A stretch of 64,000 bases of DNA. Origin: Nemertoderma westbladi. Taxonomy: Eukaryota > Animalia > Xenacoelomorpha. The translations under genes and the position numbers were made by a program. The number at the start of each line of letters is the position of its first letter. The stretch's first letter is position 1. The stretch lies in NCBI GenBank assembly GCA_032718475.1, contig JAUCBJ010006805.1, forward strand, positions 1 through 64,000. Reading direction: 5' to 3'. Below are positions 22,948 through 34,468 of this stretch, in pieces. A model generated the notes under the pieces. The model was given only the letters and a program-made list of their open reading frames with translations, had not been told where the DNA came from and ran no database searches.

Positions 22948-24544
22948 TACTACTACTACTACTAGGATCGGCATGCTGCATTGCAGCTGCATTTTTAAGA
23001 ATGCTGTGCCGGCTTGTCAACAAAATTGCACCGCCACAACTCCCTATCACCCATGACATTTGCTAGATCATCCGCATCTTTAAGGCCAGTGTCCATTAAT
23101 ATGCGTCTCAAGAAAGTCATGGGCTGTCCACTATGCTTATTCACTCCATGAGGCTGCCAAAGTACAAGATTATGCACTGGCTGGTCCTCACGGCGAAAGC
23201 AATGTCCTGCAAAGCGGAGGCGATTTTGTTCTAGTGTCAAGCTTGGGGAAACCAATGAGACACCTCCAATGTTATATAGTGTCTGGTTGGAGATGTGTGC
23301 ATTGTACTTGACACAATGAACCCGGCGTAGCATTCTTGTGAATGTGCCATCCAGAGATTTGGTGTCCTCAGCAGTTAGAGCCCAGCATGGACTCCCGTAG
23401 AGGAGTACTGGAACTACTGCTGCTCTAAATAATCGGACCTTAAGTTTCCGATTAATTCTCGGTGACTTCCAAATCCTGGAAAGCCTATTCAAGGCTGCCC
23501 ATGCCTTTCCCTTACGTATTCGAAGGTCCTCACCTGACTTCCGGATCCATGATCCCAGGTAACAGAAGTCGTCGACATGCTCAAGCATACCATCCTTTGA
23601 GCTTATGCTCATCCGATCAGAGACTTGCTGAGGACTTTCAAAGTTAACTGTCAGAATTTTGGTCTTTCTGGAGTTAATAAAAAGACCAACACTAGAAGCA
23701 GCATGTTCTAATGAGCTGAGGAGCCGTTGGGCTCCCTCTAATGATTCTGAGAGTACTCCTAAGTCATCAGCAAAGTCTAGATCAGTTAGGTACTTGGCAG
23801 GATTTCCTCGACTTCTGGAGCCAGTAGGTGGAGTTATCATCACCCCATCATCATTATGATGATCTAAGGACATGCGTAGAACATAGTCAACCACAATAAT
23901 GAATAAGAATGGTGCAAGTGTGTCTCCTTGGAGGACGCCCCATAACACTTCGAATGGTTCTGTGTCACCGTCAACAGTAGACACAAATGTTGTCGAACCA
24001 TCGTATACTGATCTGATTGCTGCAATAATTTCATCAGGAATCCCATATAATGAAAGTATGCTGAACATACGTGAGCGAGAGACTGAATCAAAGGCCTTGA
24101 AGAAGTCAACAAAGATAACAGCCAGATGCCTGTCTTTCTTTTTTGATAATTCTTCAATTATCCTTCTAAGTGCCAAAATGGGCTCCATGGTCCCACGACC
24201 TTTACGGAACCCATTCTGATTTCCACGGAGCAGTCTCTCAATGGGATCCCTGATGCGATTTAATAGAATCCTATTGTATAGCTTTGCAGCAATTGAGATC
24301 AATGAGATTCCCCGAAAAGAACCATAGAGTGTTAGGTTGCCCTTCTTGGGAACTGGCACCAACTTATTTGTTTTCATTTCTTGTGGGACTCTTGTTGTAC
24401 GGTACATGTCTACTATGATGGGATAGATAAGCTTTAAACACTCAGGTATTTTAAAGACCTCAGGGGGAACACCATCTACTCCACTGGCACGATTGGTCTT
24501 AATGCTCTTTGCAGCAGCCTTCACTTCTGCAAAGGAGATATAAG
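22948..24544 (-). mobile_element. 5'-truncated RTE-clade non-LTR retrotransposon (family 1)
   Basis: 11-bp TSD TAACATAAGTC at 22937-22947 and 24545-24555. (TAG)n 3' tail. RT ORF present. Confidence 0.93.
22995..24539 (-). CDS. RTE reverse transcriptase (partial, open frame)
   Basis: KASGVDG-like motif, QNGFRKGRGT, FVDFFKAFDSV, GVLQGDTLAPFLF, LDFADD, FCYLGS, RLRFAGHCFR. Confidence 0.92.
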   Translation of the reverse strand: MSFAEVKAAAKSIKTNRASGVDGVPPEVFKIPECLKLIYPIIVDMYRTTRVPQEMKTNKLVPVPKKGNLTLYGSFRGISLISIAAKLYNRILLNRIRDPIERLLRGNQNGFRKGRGTMEPILALRRIIEELSKKKDRHLAVIFVDFFKAFDSVSRSRMFSILSLYGIPDEIIAAIRSVYDGSTTFVSTVDGDTEPFEVLWGVLQGDTLAPFLFIIVVDYVLRMSLDHHNDDGVMITPPTGSRSRGNPAKYLTDLDFADDLGVLSESLEGAQRLLSSLEHAASSVGLFINSRKTKILTVNFESPQQVSDRMSISSKDGMLEHVDDFCYLGSWIRKSGEDLRIRKGKAWAALNRLSRIWKSPRINRKLKVRLFRAAVVPVLLYGSPCWALTAEDTKSLDGTFTRMLRRVHCVKYNAHISNQTLYNIGGVSLVSPSLTLEQNRLRFAGHCFRREDQPVHNLVLWQPHGVNKHSGQPMTFLRRILMDTGLKDADDLANVMGDRELWRCNFVDKPAQHS

Positions 24545-25239
24545 TAACATAAGTCACAATCGTTTATCTTTAACCTTTCTCTCTTACCTTCGGTATATCA
24601 AGAATATTGGGTGTCGGGGTTATTTCTCGTTATTCCAATATAATAATTCATCAACAAATATAATGAATAACCGACAACAAATAGCAGTATAAAACAACAA
24701 CTGAACACTGATTGTTATGAGTTTGCAATGTTTCAGCAGTCAGTATGTATGATTAGTTAGCAGTGATTCCATGAGTTAAAGGATATATGCCCTTTATAAT
24801 TAAACCTACTAGTGTAAGACTAAAAACTAAAACACGGAGGTGCCAAAGCCGGTTCTTAGGCTCTGGGCAAAAACATAACACTGAACTACTGAGTTTCTGT
24901 ATATACCTCCAACACAAAGACAACAAACGCTCTGATTGGTCAACCTGAACAACGAGAGAACAGAGAAACAAAGAAACGTCGACGTGGCAATATCAGCTGC
25001 TAGCTGTCGTCATGGTAGCGACACTGTTTTCAAGAGTATCGAGCTTTTACGTCACGGAATTACGGATTATGTCCTCTAAAGTACAAATACAGAAGAAATA
25101 GCTCTTATGTCCGCTAAAACACCAGTACAGCAAGGACACGGCCTTTTTATGCCTGGTAAACCAACTACAGAGTACTTTACGGGAAAAATAAGGAAAAATA
25201 ACCGGACAATTCAGTAAAAGCTTTTACACCGCTCCCAGA

Positions 25240-26591
25240 AAATGGGATTTTCAGTCTATAAAATATAAAAATCACAGTTTCTAAAACATAAAGATACTCT
25301 AAACAGTTAGTCTTTCTTACGCAGACGGCGTTTACGCAGTTTTTTGAGGCTAGCAAGAGTCTTTTTCTCTTTGGGGGGAGCCACTTTACTAGGAGGGCCA
25401 TAACTCCTGGGTGAAGGGTGCAATATGATTGCATCAGAAGGTGTAGGTTTATGGTCGAGGTATCTGCTGTTTCGATATGCTTCTCCTCGAGCTGATTTTC
25501 CTCCGCTCGTAGCTGGATACGTTCATCCAAAACTCTCGCAGAGAATAGGATCGTCCAAGTTCGATAACTTCTTAGAGATTCTGGATTTCCCAATCGAATT
25601 GAGATAAGGCCAATTCGTTTATCGATAGGACTTACTGTTATAACTTACGTTTATCTGAACAAACGCAGGTTTCTTTTTTGATCTTTATAGAATAGCGTTT
25701 AACTCGTTTCGTACAACGCTCTCCTTTACCTTGATGAGGGGTTGTATCGCGTTAAACGGGGACGACCATACGGTTGGATAGTGATATTAGGTGTCCGCGT
25801 CACAATCCGGCTAGGTAAGATGGGCGGCTAGCTAGAAATCACTGGCGGAGTGTTACCGATTAATTGTTAGGGTAGCACTAGATCTTTGAACAGTGAATAC
25901 AGTCCGCGAGGATCCGCGACACCACCAGGATCGCAGGTCTGAGGTCCAACTAAGGAATGAGGAGGTTTGACCGAGTATTCCGGGACTCTGATCGTAGGTT
26001 TACTCCAGGATCGTTCGAGCCGAGTGAGCATAGGTGATACGTCAACAAGTTTCGGTTTACGTGGATGTTTATGTCTTTCCGTTTATTAGTTGGGTCTAGG
26101 GCATTTATCGTAATAATACCAAAGACGCACGTCTGGTAGGGTAAACGCGGGCGACATCCACCTGTTGTTACAATGCTTCTATCAAGAATTCCAAATATAC
26201 GTTGGAGTTACCGCGTTTATTTGTTTCTTTAGTGTCTTTTCTTTCGAGTCGATTTCGAATAGAATTTTCGCATTCGAATTTCAGTTTATGGTTCCGACTC
26301 CGCTGGGCAGGATATATAGTCGACATAGTCCGTATTGTGTAAATTGATAGAATGACCAGTAGTTAAGAAGCCCATATACGTACCATTACGCTGCGTATAT
26401 CGAGCAGCGAATTTTCTATAGTCCAACTCTCGCGAGAGCTGCACTTGGGACATTGTCGGTTCGATATAACGACCATCGTCCTCCGCAGCAGTTGGACTAA
26501 CGTCGCCGCGTATTAAGCTATCAACAAACGCTTGTAAAAGTAGAGTATATCGCTCCCCGATACCAAGACCATCTTCTATCAACTCCGTCAT
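25240..26591 (-). pseudogene. Cluster of short accessory ORFs or exons of unknown function in the 3' region of A2 (degenerate)
   Basis: Homologous to 62511-64000 (RELDYRKF.ARYT.RNGTYM.FLTTGH; RLWYY...CPRP; RVPEYSV.PPHSLV). Stop codons fall at equivalent positions in both copies. Confidence 0.6.
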
Positions 26592-28248
26592 ATCTGCTAT
26601 ATATGAGTTTATCCATATTATAAGGAGTTTATATTTAGGCTAGCGAGCGTCGCTGCCTACTCCAATTAACCCCCGGACAGTACGAGATCCTCAGCGCCGA
26701 TGTGTCGTCGCCGCTGTACTTTCGCCAACGACGTAGCCGCACAACGACAACGACAACCGGCACAAGTCACTCAACTGTCCGTCCCAAAGGCTTAGACGTA
26801 CTTCAGGTTTTCCTTGGAGAGTTAGGTTACTTTTACGATTGCGACTGGCTACTGTAAACACACCTTAGCAGTAACATTCACCTATCAACTCACAAATACC
26901 ACACACACAACTTGTCACAAATTACACACATTCGGGCCATTTGTCCGTTAGTCAATGCCTTCCAGAATGTCACTGTATTAGTATGTATCCTTGGATACTA
27001 GCAGTGCGCTATTTATTCCCTATGCTATTCAATGGGACAAGCTTTCTATTGTTCTTTTAACTCAATTCTAATTCTAGCGTGGTTGTTGCTATGGTGACAT
27101 TATGCAAAGCTAGCGGTAGAATTAGGGTAGTTCTAATGCATACAGATCTGGGATGTTATTTAATAGTATTCTTTAATAGTCAATGTTCTGTTTTATACAT
27201 AACTTTATGAATTTTATCGGCTATTGACTATGTTTGGGAGACTTTCACACTCTCATACGCATGATAAGATAAATCTCCGCTCCCTTGATCTATTAATTAA
27301 TGGAATTTTGGGAACTTTATAAATTGCGTAAAAATGGCAATTTATTAAATTCATTAAAAGGCATGAATTTAAATTTATTCCCTGAAATTTTATTATTTGA
27401 TAATTAAATGGACATATTTTGATTCTAGAACATGTCTAGGGACACAAGATCCTTAATTCTATGACAATTGTCTTTTTAAGAATATCGGTAAATGCTACGA
27501 TATCTTAATTGACTAGAATTGTTGAAGGATCTGAATTTTACAAATTTTGATTTATTAGATTTGCAAATATTAAATAATTAATATTTGAGATGGGCACCGA
27601 TTTATTCCAGAACTGGTCTGGGGACGTTAACCACTGATTCTATAATTTGTCTTTCAAGTATATCGGTGGGTGCCACGATATCTTAATCGACTAGAATTAC
27701 AGATGGTCAAAGGGTTTAACAGATTTATTTTGCGTTATACGCTACTGTTAAAGGGACATCACGCTACTATATGTATTATTTAATATACGGTATGAGAGCA
27801 ATATCGCACGAAGCAATGTCAGTGTGAAGAGGCAAGTCGTTTCCAAGGTCTACCCAGAGCTTGGTTTAGCCGAGACACGAGGATCTGAACTTTGCATTCC
27901 TAATACTCTGCCTACCAATAATACTTAAATATAGTAGTGGCTTTATTGTACTTTAATAAGTACGGACATTTCATCTTACTGTAGTTACGTATTTGTAATA
28001 TAATACGGACAGTAAGGAAGGAGAAAAAGAATTATTTCTTGCCGTCGCATTAAATATAATATATACGTAATTAAGTAATAAACGCGAATATATATTGCAC
28101 TAATCTACTAAATAATCGCTAAAATAACATTCCACTGAATAAAATTAAAGAAAACGATTATAATAAAATTACATAGTAATACATACAGAAATATAAAAAT
28201 AATAAAATAATATAAAATAATAGAGTCACACACCCACTCCATATGTTG

Positions 28249-30455
28249 TTACGTTATGGAGTCCCTAGATGTTTGAAGGATTAGGGAGGTGGTCGTGGGA
28301 AGAGAATCTTGCCTTCCACAGTTTCCGGAGAGTCCTCCATTCCCTTCCGATAAACACAAACGACCGACTGGGTGATTGAGTCGCTGTATCCTGAATACAA
28401 TTCCAGGTTTCCTCTTCGTCCTGGAATAGTGACGATAGAAACATCGCTCAAAGTATATGACGGCGTCACAAAGCCGATTCCAGGAGCTATAGTGGTCCGT
28501 CGCTCTCTGCAGGAGAGGTGAGAGTCCCTGCGAGACGTCTGATGTTCCAGAGCTCCAATCGCTCTCTCTGATCTTCATGAAGGATCCACTCGCGGAGGGG
28601 AGGCCCAGATCCACGGCGTCGTCCCTGGCAACATGTAATACCGACAGATCTATCCCGGGTTCAAATAACTCCGCTCCACCCGCCCGGGTTTTAGGTTTAA
28701 CTTTCTCCGCTCCCTTGGCTGGTCTAATCTCAGTCGGAGTAAGATGGGGAGGCCATTCATCCTCCTTACTCAGGAAGTCGGGTTCACCTAACCGGTCTGT
28801 AGTATCTGTCAGTTCTTGAGGAGTTACTCCTCTGGAAGCGATGTCCGTTGGATTAAACTTCTTGGGACAATATCTCCATTGATCTAAATTGGAGCTAATA
28901 TCGTCATTATCTGAGGAGTATGGTGTTCCCTCAGTTGGGTCGTCTCCCTCACTAGTATCATCTTCCCATTTACTCCGCTGGCAGACGCGATCTTGAAGCA
29001 GTCTTTCTCTGAGCGTTCTACGGGAAGGTCCAGTAAGGTACCAACCTACTCTAGTTCTTACCGCATAGGGCTGAAGTGGTTGCGGTTGAGCAGGTCGTTT
29101 CTCTAATGTCTCCAGCGCCTCATGCGCGTTTTGGCCGATGAGTATTTGCACTCCAGGATAATCAGTCTGGAATCGAGGTATGTTAAGATGTTGGATGCTC
29201 TCATCCTCGTCCCAATTATAAAGGTCTGCTTGAGTAGTAGCGAAGTTCTTTATAGCCACCATTTTCACTGACCTGATGCTATGTTCTCCTAGTTCGTCCT
29301 GGGGGGTGGACAACTCACATATATAATAGTCGGCAGCTACAGTAGAATTCCAAACCTGCATGATCCCTGACAGGTTTAGCTTGGTTCGGAACTTGGGTTG
29401 TCCAGCAAAGATGACTTCGGCTAGTTCCCTATCGATGAATGTTCCTGTGCTACCGGAGTCCAAGAGGGCGTTCACTATATAGCTCTTCTGAGGTCCGTGG
29501 ACCCGTAACTGGACTACAGGAAATTCTCGGATTCCTATATTGGAAGTTGGCGCTTTCCAAGATGGTTGTTGATCGGAAGTAGTTAAGGTAAGGTCGCTGT
29601 CTGTGTCTTTCTCATACACGAGTGCTCGATACACTGCGGTGGTGTTTATTAGGTAACAGGATTCGTTTTGGTCGGAGAACTCGTCCGTATAGAATCCTTC
29701 CATCTCAGATTGATCAGTGTCGTTCACATCACTGAATTGGACATGTAGTTCGGACTCACTTACCTGACTCGGGCTGTTTCGTTCGAATTCCGTGTGCAAC
29801 AAGATATGATGTTTTGCGCCGCACTTTGCACACCTTGCGTCGGAGTTACAGGTTCGCCGTTGGTGTCCTCGTCTGAGGCAATTATAACACAACCGCTTAT
29901 CCCACATGACTTCACGTCTATCCTCGAGTGATTTCCTCAGGAATTTATCACACGCATTTAAACGGTGGGGCCCGTCGCACAGCACACATTTCGGCTTGAT
30001 GTTACTTACTTTAACCTGTGCTATGTGGTGCACACTTGTTCTTTCCTCGGGCTTTCTCACCTGAATTCTTTTAGGAGACGTAGGAAGGGTTTTTTGTACC
30101 GGTTCCCTTCTGTCATTGGGTCGAGACTCGGATTTACTTACCTGATCTTTAGGCATTTTATTGACATAATAAGGCCTGTCAGTGTCTTTCCCGCTGTCCT
30201 CTCCTTGAGAGGTTTGGCTTTCACCGTCGTCGGTATAACATACTGGTGTTACCCTTCTCCTAGAAACGGGTTTCTCACTTACCTTGTTTTCCAATGTCTT
30301 CTCTCTGGACTGCCTTAGGAGCTGTAATTTCACTTCTCTATCTAAGAATGACATGAGATCAGTCATGGTAGGGTCTCGTCGTTGTTGTTCCATCATATAT
30401 AACACCTTCTTATCCCAGCGTGTACCTACTCCACCCTTGGGCAAAGCAGATGCTT
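28249..30455 (-). CDS. A2 Gag C-terminus, zinc knuckles, aspartic protease and RNase H C-terminal remnant
   Basis: CVLCDGPHRLNAC, CYNCLRRGHQRRTC, CAKCGAKHHILLH; ALLDSGSTGTFI; PYAVRTRVGWYLTGP; QWRYCPKKFNPTDIASRG. No RT or integrase motifs. Confidence 0.88.
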
Positions 30456-32287
30456 AAGGCTCTTACAACCATAGAATTCTGGTATTCATGAGACTTACCT
30501 AGCCAATCTAATTGTCTACAGATCTCCTGAATCTCATCGGAAAACTCTATAATCCCGCTGCTAAGAAACTTTCGGGGCGCCATTAATTTTGCATACAAAT
30601 ACCCAGCTATGTCATTCCTATTACCATACCTGATGTTTAGTGTATCCCAAACTTGTCTTAATCCATCTGGATGTCCAATAAATTTTAACGCCATTGACTT
30701 GGGAGGTCCTTCCAAACATTCGATGAGGAATCTAAGTTTCTCTCCGTTAGATAGTACAGAGTTCTGTATGTTATCTTTGTAATATTCATTAAAAGGTAAC
30801 CATTTCATCTCATCTCCATTGAACTTGACAATCTCTCCAACCTTTACCGCTTGCCGGGCTTCGGTTCTAGCCATTTGACGCGTAAAACTTTCTTGGGCCA
30901 TCGTGCTATTTAATATCGAGTTATCGGTATATAAATTTCTCGGATTATGATCAGTTCTATAGGGAATATCATGATCAACAGGTCTATAATTACCCTTAAT
31001 AGGGTTCACTATAGGAGTTTCTACTTCGCTAGCAGTATAAATGCGTGTAGGCTCCACACCTTGCGCATGAGATACTTCAGACCTAACAGGTTGACACATT
31101 GTTACAGAGGGTGGTGGTATACCCTTTTTTAAGTTTACTAATTTATCGCGTTCTAACGCGATACTTTGCTGCACTTCTTGCAACTCTAACTTACTTTCCC
31201 TTACTGTGCCCTTGAACTGCTGGACAGTCTCCTGCATCTGTCCGAGCAGGATATCCATCCCCCGCCGTCTCTCGTCCACCCATTCGACCGCCGAAGCGGG
31301 AGTCGCCAACGTTGTAGCGGGCGGACGAGGGACAACGGGAGACAAATCTGGAATATTTCGCTCGGGGTCCAGGACCTGAACTGTCTCCTGGGCAGTTCTA
31401 CTGGGCACAGGTAGCTTAGTGCTATGTAGAGGGAATTTAGAGGTAGCTTCAGGGAGCACAGGTGTCTCTATCACCGAAGGGGTGATTTCAAGAACAGGTC
31501 CAATTATTTCAGGCTCATCTACTATAGTAGGGAGTCTTTCTACTCTAATTGGGTCTGAAGGCTCAGGATTACTTAGATCTACACTAGCTAGTTGCCTTCT
31601 CACGGCTGTAGGCAAATCAGGCAATTTCTGCCGATGTAGCGCCCTTCTACGTCCGTTATAACGAGATTTATTTCTTCTGCCTTCAGGATCTGTTGTATCT
31701 CCTTCATCAGAGGATGTAAATCCCTGTCTCTTGGAAGTAGTCCGACTTATCAGCTGCATATCACTAGCCGTTATCTGCTTATTTAAGTAATCGTGCTTCT
31801 CTTGAAGATTCTCCAACTCTAGTTGGACCTTTTCTTCAGATGCCCTCCGTTCCGCTTCTGCCACTGCCATTGCCGCTGCTGCTTTTGCCTTTGCCTCTGC
31901 TTCTGCTGCTGCCGCTTTTGCTTTTGCCTCTGCTTCTGCTGCTGCCGCTTTTGCCTTTGCCGCTGCTATTGCTGCTGTCTTTCTGTCTTCTATCTGTTTT
32001 TTCTTCAACTGTTGTTCCCATTCTCTAACGATGCGGATTCTTTCATCAATTTCCGCTCTATTCGCTGCCAACATTTCCGCATCTATTGCGTCCAACACAA
32101 ACTTGGCTCCTTCGCTATTAGGGTTAAGTCCCTCTAACCTTCTCCTCAATTCGTCATCACCTAAAAAACGTTGATAGTCTGACAGATAGATATCAATGGC
32201 ATCCCTCTTATGCGGTTTCTCTGCTGTCGCTTCACTCTCCGTTGTATCTAGTAGACTGTCTGACAGGTTCTGCTTTGCGTCAGACAT
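30410..32287 (-). CDS. gag: A2 Gag N-terminal and capsid region (joined to the next ORF by a 1-nt frameshift at ~30455)
   Basis: Ala/Lys/Glu-rich coiled coil; IVKFNGDEMKWLPF...EKLRFLIECLEGPP...LNIRYG (DUF1759-type). Confidence 0.88.
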   Translation of the reverse strand: MSDAKQNLSDSLLDTTESEATAEKPHKRDAIDIYLSDYQRFLGDDELRRRLEGLNPNSEGAKFVLDAIDAEMLAANRAEIDERIRIVREWEQQLKKKQIEDRKTAAIAAAKAKAAAAEAEAKAKAAAAEAEAKAKAAAAMAVAEAERRASEEKVQLELENLQEKHDYLNKQITASDMQLISRTTSKRQGFTSSDEGDTTDPEGRRNKSRYNGRRRALHRQKLPDLPTAVRRQLASVDLSNPEPSDPIRVERLPTIVDEPEIIGPVLEITPSVIETPVLPEATSKFPLHSTKLPVPSRTAQETVQVLDPERNIPDLSPVVPRPPATTLATPASAVEWVDERRRGMDILLGQMQETVQQFKGTVRESKLELQEVQQSIALERDKLVNLKKGIPPPSVTMCQPVRSEVSHAQGVEPTRIYTASEVETPIVNPIKGNYRPVDHDIPYRTDHNPRNLYTDNSILNSTMAQESFTRQMARTEARQAVKVGEIVKFNGDEMKWLPFNEYYKDNIQNSVLSNGEKLRFLIECLEGPPKSMALKFIGHPDGLRQVWDTLNIRYGNRNDIAGYLYAKLMAPRKFLSSGIIEFSDEIQEICRQLDWLGKSHEYQNSMVVRALSICFAQGWSRYTLG

Positions 32288-34468
32288 GTTTGTGTGTACA
32301 GTTGAATGTCTACTGCTGTATTACAGTCTGAGCAAGTCTAGTAACTCAGTATTAACTGATAGCCTAGTAATTAATTATCGGTACTGCTACTCAGTGTAGC
32401 GTGATATATATAATATATTAGAATACCGGTATGCTTATAGTATATATAACTATATAAGTATTATTACAGACTAGGTTTATCACAGAATACCGGTATAATT
32501 TTAGCACAAATATATATAAATATATAATAGGCCTATCGGGAATACCGGTATGCAGCTTACAGTTTGTAGTATATATAATTCTGAAATAGAATTAATTACA
32601 AGTACCGGTATAATTTCAGCCTAGATTTATAGAAATAAGATAATAGGCCTATCGGAAATACCGGTATATCAATTATTTTGGAATAATTGAATTTCTGAAC
32701 TTTAGGGTTACTTGGTTACTTTAACTTACTTTATTACCGTTATTTAAGCAGTAATCCAACTGATATTGAGACCTAATGGTTTTATGGTAGGCCTACTATT
32801 TATAAATCGTTAGATTTGATTTATAATGTATTTATACCCGTTTTAATGGGTTTAGTCAATGTTTGAAATAAATGTTATTATTTCTGGGGTAATCACTACA
32901 CAAAGCGGTGCGCTTTTAGTGAAGTGTTACGTATAGGACACTAAAACAAATAATTCTAATTTACCTAAGTTACTTAATACTACAAATTACGTACAATTCG
33001 GGTGAGATTACAATCTCTAAATAAACACAAAATTTACAAAAAACACAAAATACGAATTTTTAGGGTAATTTTACAAGAAGTCTACAAACCAGCCTAACAA
33101 AGGGTTAGAATACCGGTTATTACAACGGACAGGGTACTACGGTATTTGAAATAATAAGTAGTAGTAAATACACTGCGTTGTCCAGATAGGAAAATACCAC
33201 CGCCTGACGACCTATAGCCGTATCGCTATAGGTTCTACGTTATGTATCACGGAGTGTTCCTACCTAGAAGTTAATAGAGCTAATCGAATGTGCCTATCAA
33301 CCACTTTACAACACAAATATAATGTCTACAATAATTACTTCGGAAAGTACTGTACACTAAACCCTAAATTAGGTACGAGTACTTATATAACAGACAATCA
33401 GTAGTTAAATATACTTGAACAGCTAAAAGAACCACGGCATCTGCTGGAGTGACCGATGCACAAAATCACCAGTCTTTACCTACGCCGAGCAGCCCGTGTA
33501 GTACCGGGGTTAATTTAACTATAGCGGTATGTATAACAAACACAATTACTGTAGGAACAAACTTGGGGAATGAATGTTGCGGATAATCGCATAAACTCTG
33601 AATAATAAATATTACGCTACGCGTACAAACTACTCAAACAAAATACAGACCGAACACTGACAGACTACTATCAAGCCTAAACAAACTACGGTATATGCAG
33701 ACTCCGAAATGATTAGGGAGTATGCGCTCTAACCCAGTAGTGCGACTTATTCTTTAGTTGGGGGATTACCTTACAGCGTTCGCTGCCCCTACTGCCTAAT
33801 CGTACTTAATCGGACAGATGATCTACACACGCGGCAATCCATTCAGACCTAATAACAGCCAGACAACTATCCAGCCTACAAATTATCTAAATAAAATGAT
33901 ACGCTACCCGTACAGACTTACACAAACAAAGTACAGACTAAACGATGGCAGACCACTCTCAAGCCTAAATAAACCACAGGACATGCAGACTCCGAAATGA
34001 TTAGGGAGTATGCGCTCTAACCCAGTAGTGCGACTTATTCTTTAGTTGGGGGATTACCTTACAGCGTTCGCTGCCCCTACTGCCTAATCGTACTTAATCG
34101 GACAGGTGATCTACACACACTGCAATTCGTTCGGACTTAACAGCAATCAGACAACAGCTCAGCCTACAAATCGTCGGTACTATCTGATCAGGCTTACACG
34201 CCTTCTGTTCAATACTGGCCTACAAATAAATAAAACTTGACAGAAATAAGTAAACCATATAAAGGTATAAGGGGTGATCAATCCCTAATCCCTTAAACAG
34301 CCTACCGGTATGCAATAATCAAATCGAATAATACTAGTGTACTTATACTGAAGTACCGGTTAGAACAGTTAGGCCTACTGACCTACAGAGTGTACCGGTT
34401 CAGGTTTACCGGTTGACCGGTACTTTCAACTTTATTGCTCACTGCAACAAAGAAGCTATATCCTTTAA

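Larger units (their letters stand above)
22417..25228 (-). repeat. 3' LTR of A2, interrupted by an RTE LINE
   Basis: Matches 34469-35672 once 22948-24555 is removed. Confidence 0.93.

Noticed and set aside
30440-30470. Programmed gag-pol frameshift in A2
   Set aside because: It falls inside the Gag capsid region, has no slippery heptamer, and is best explained by a single-base insertion.
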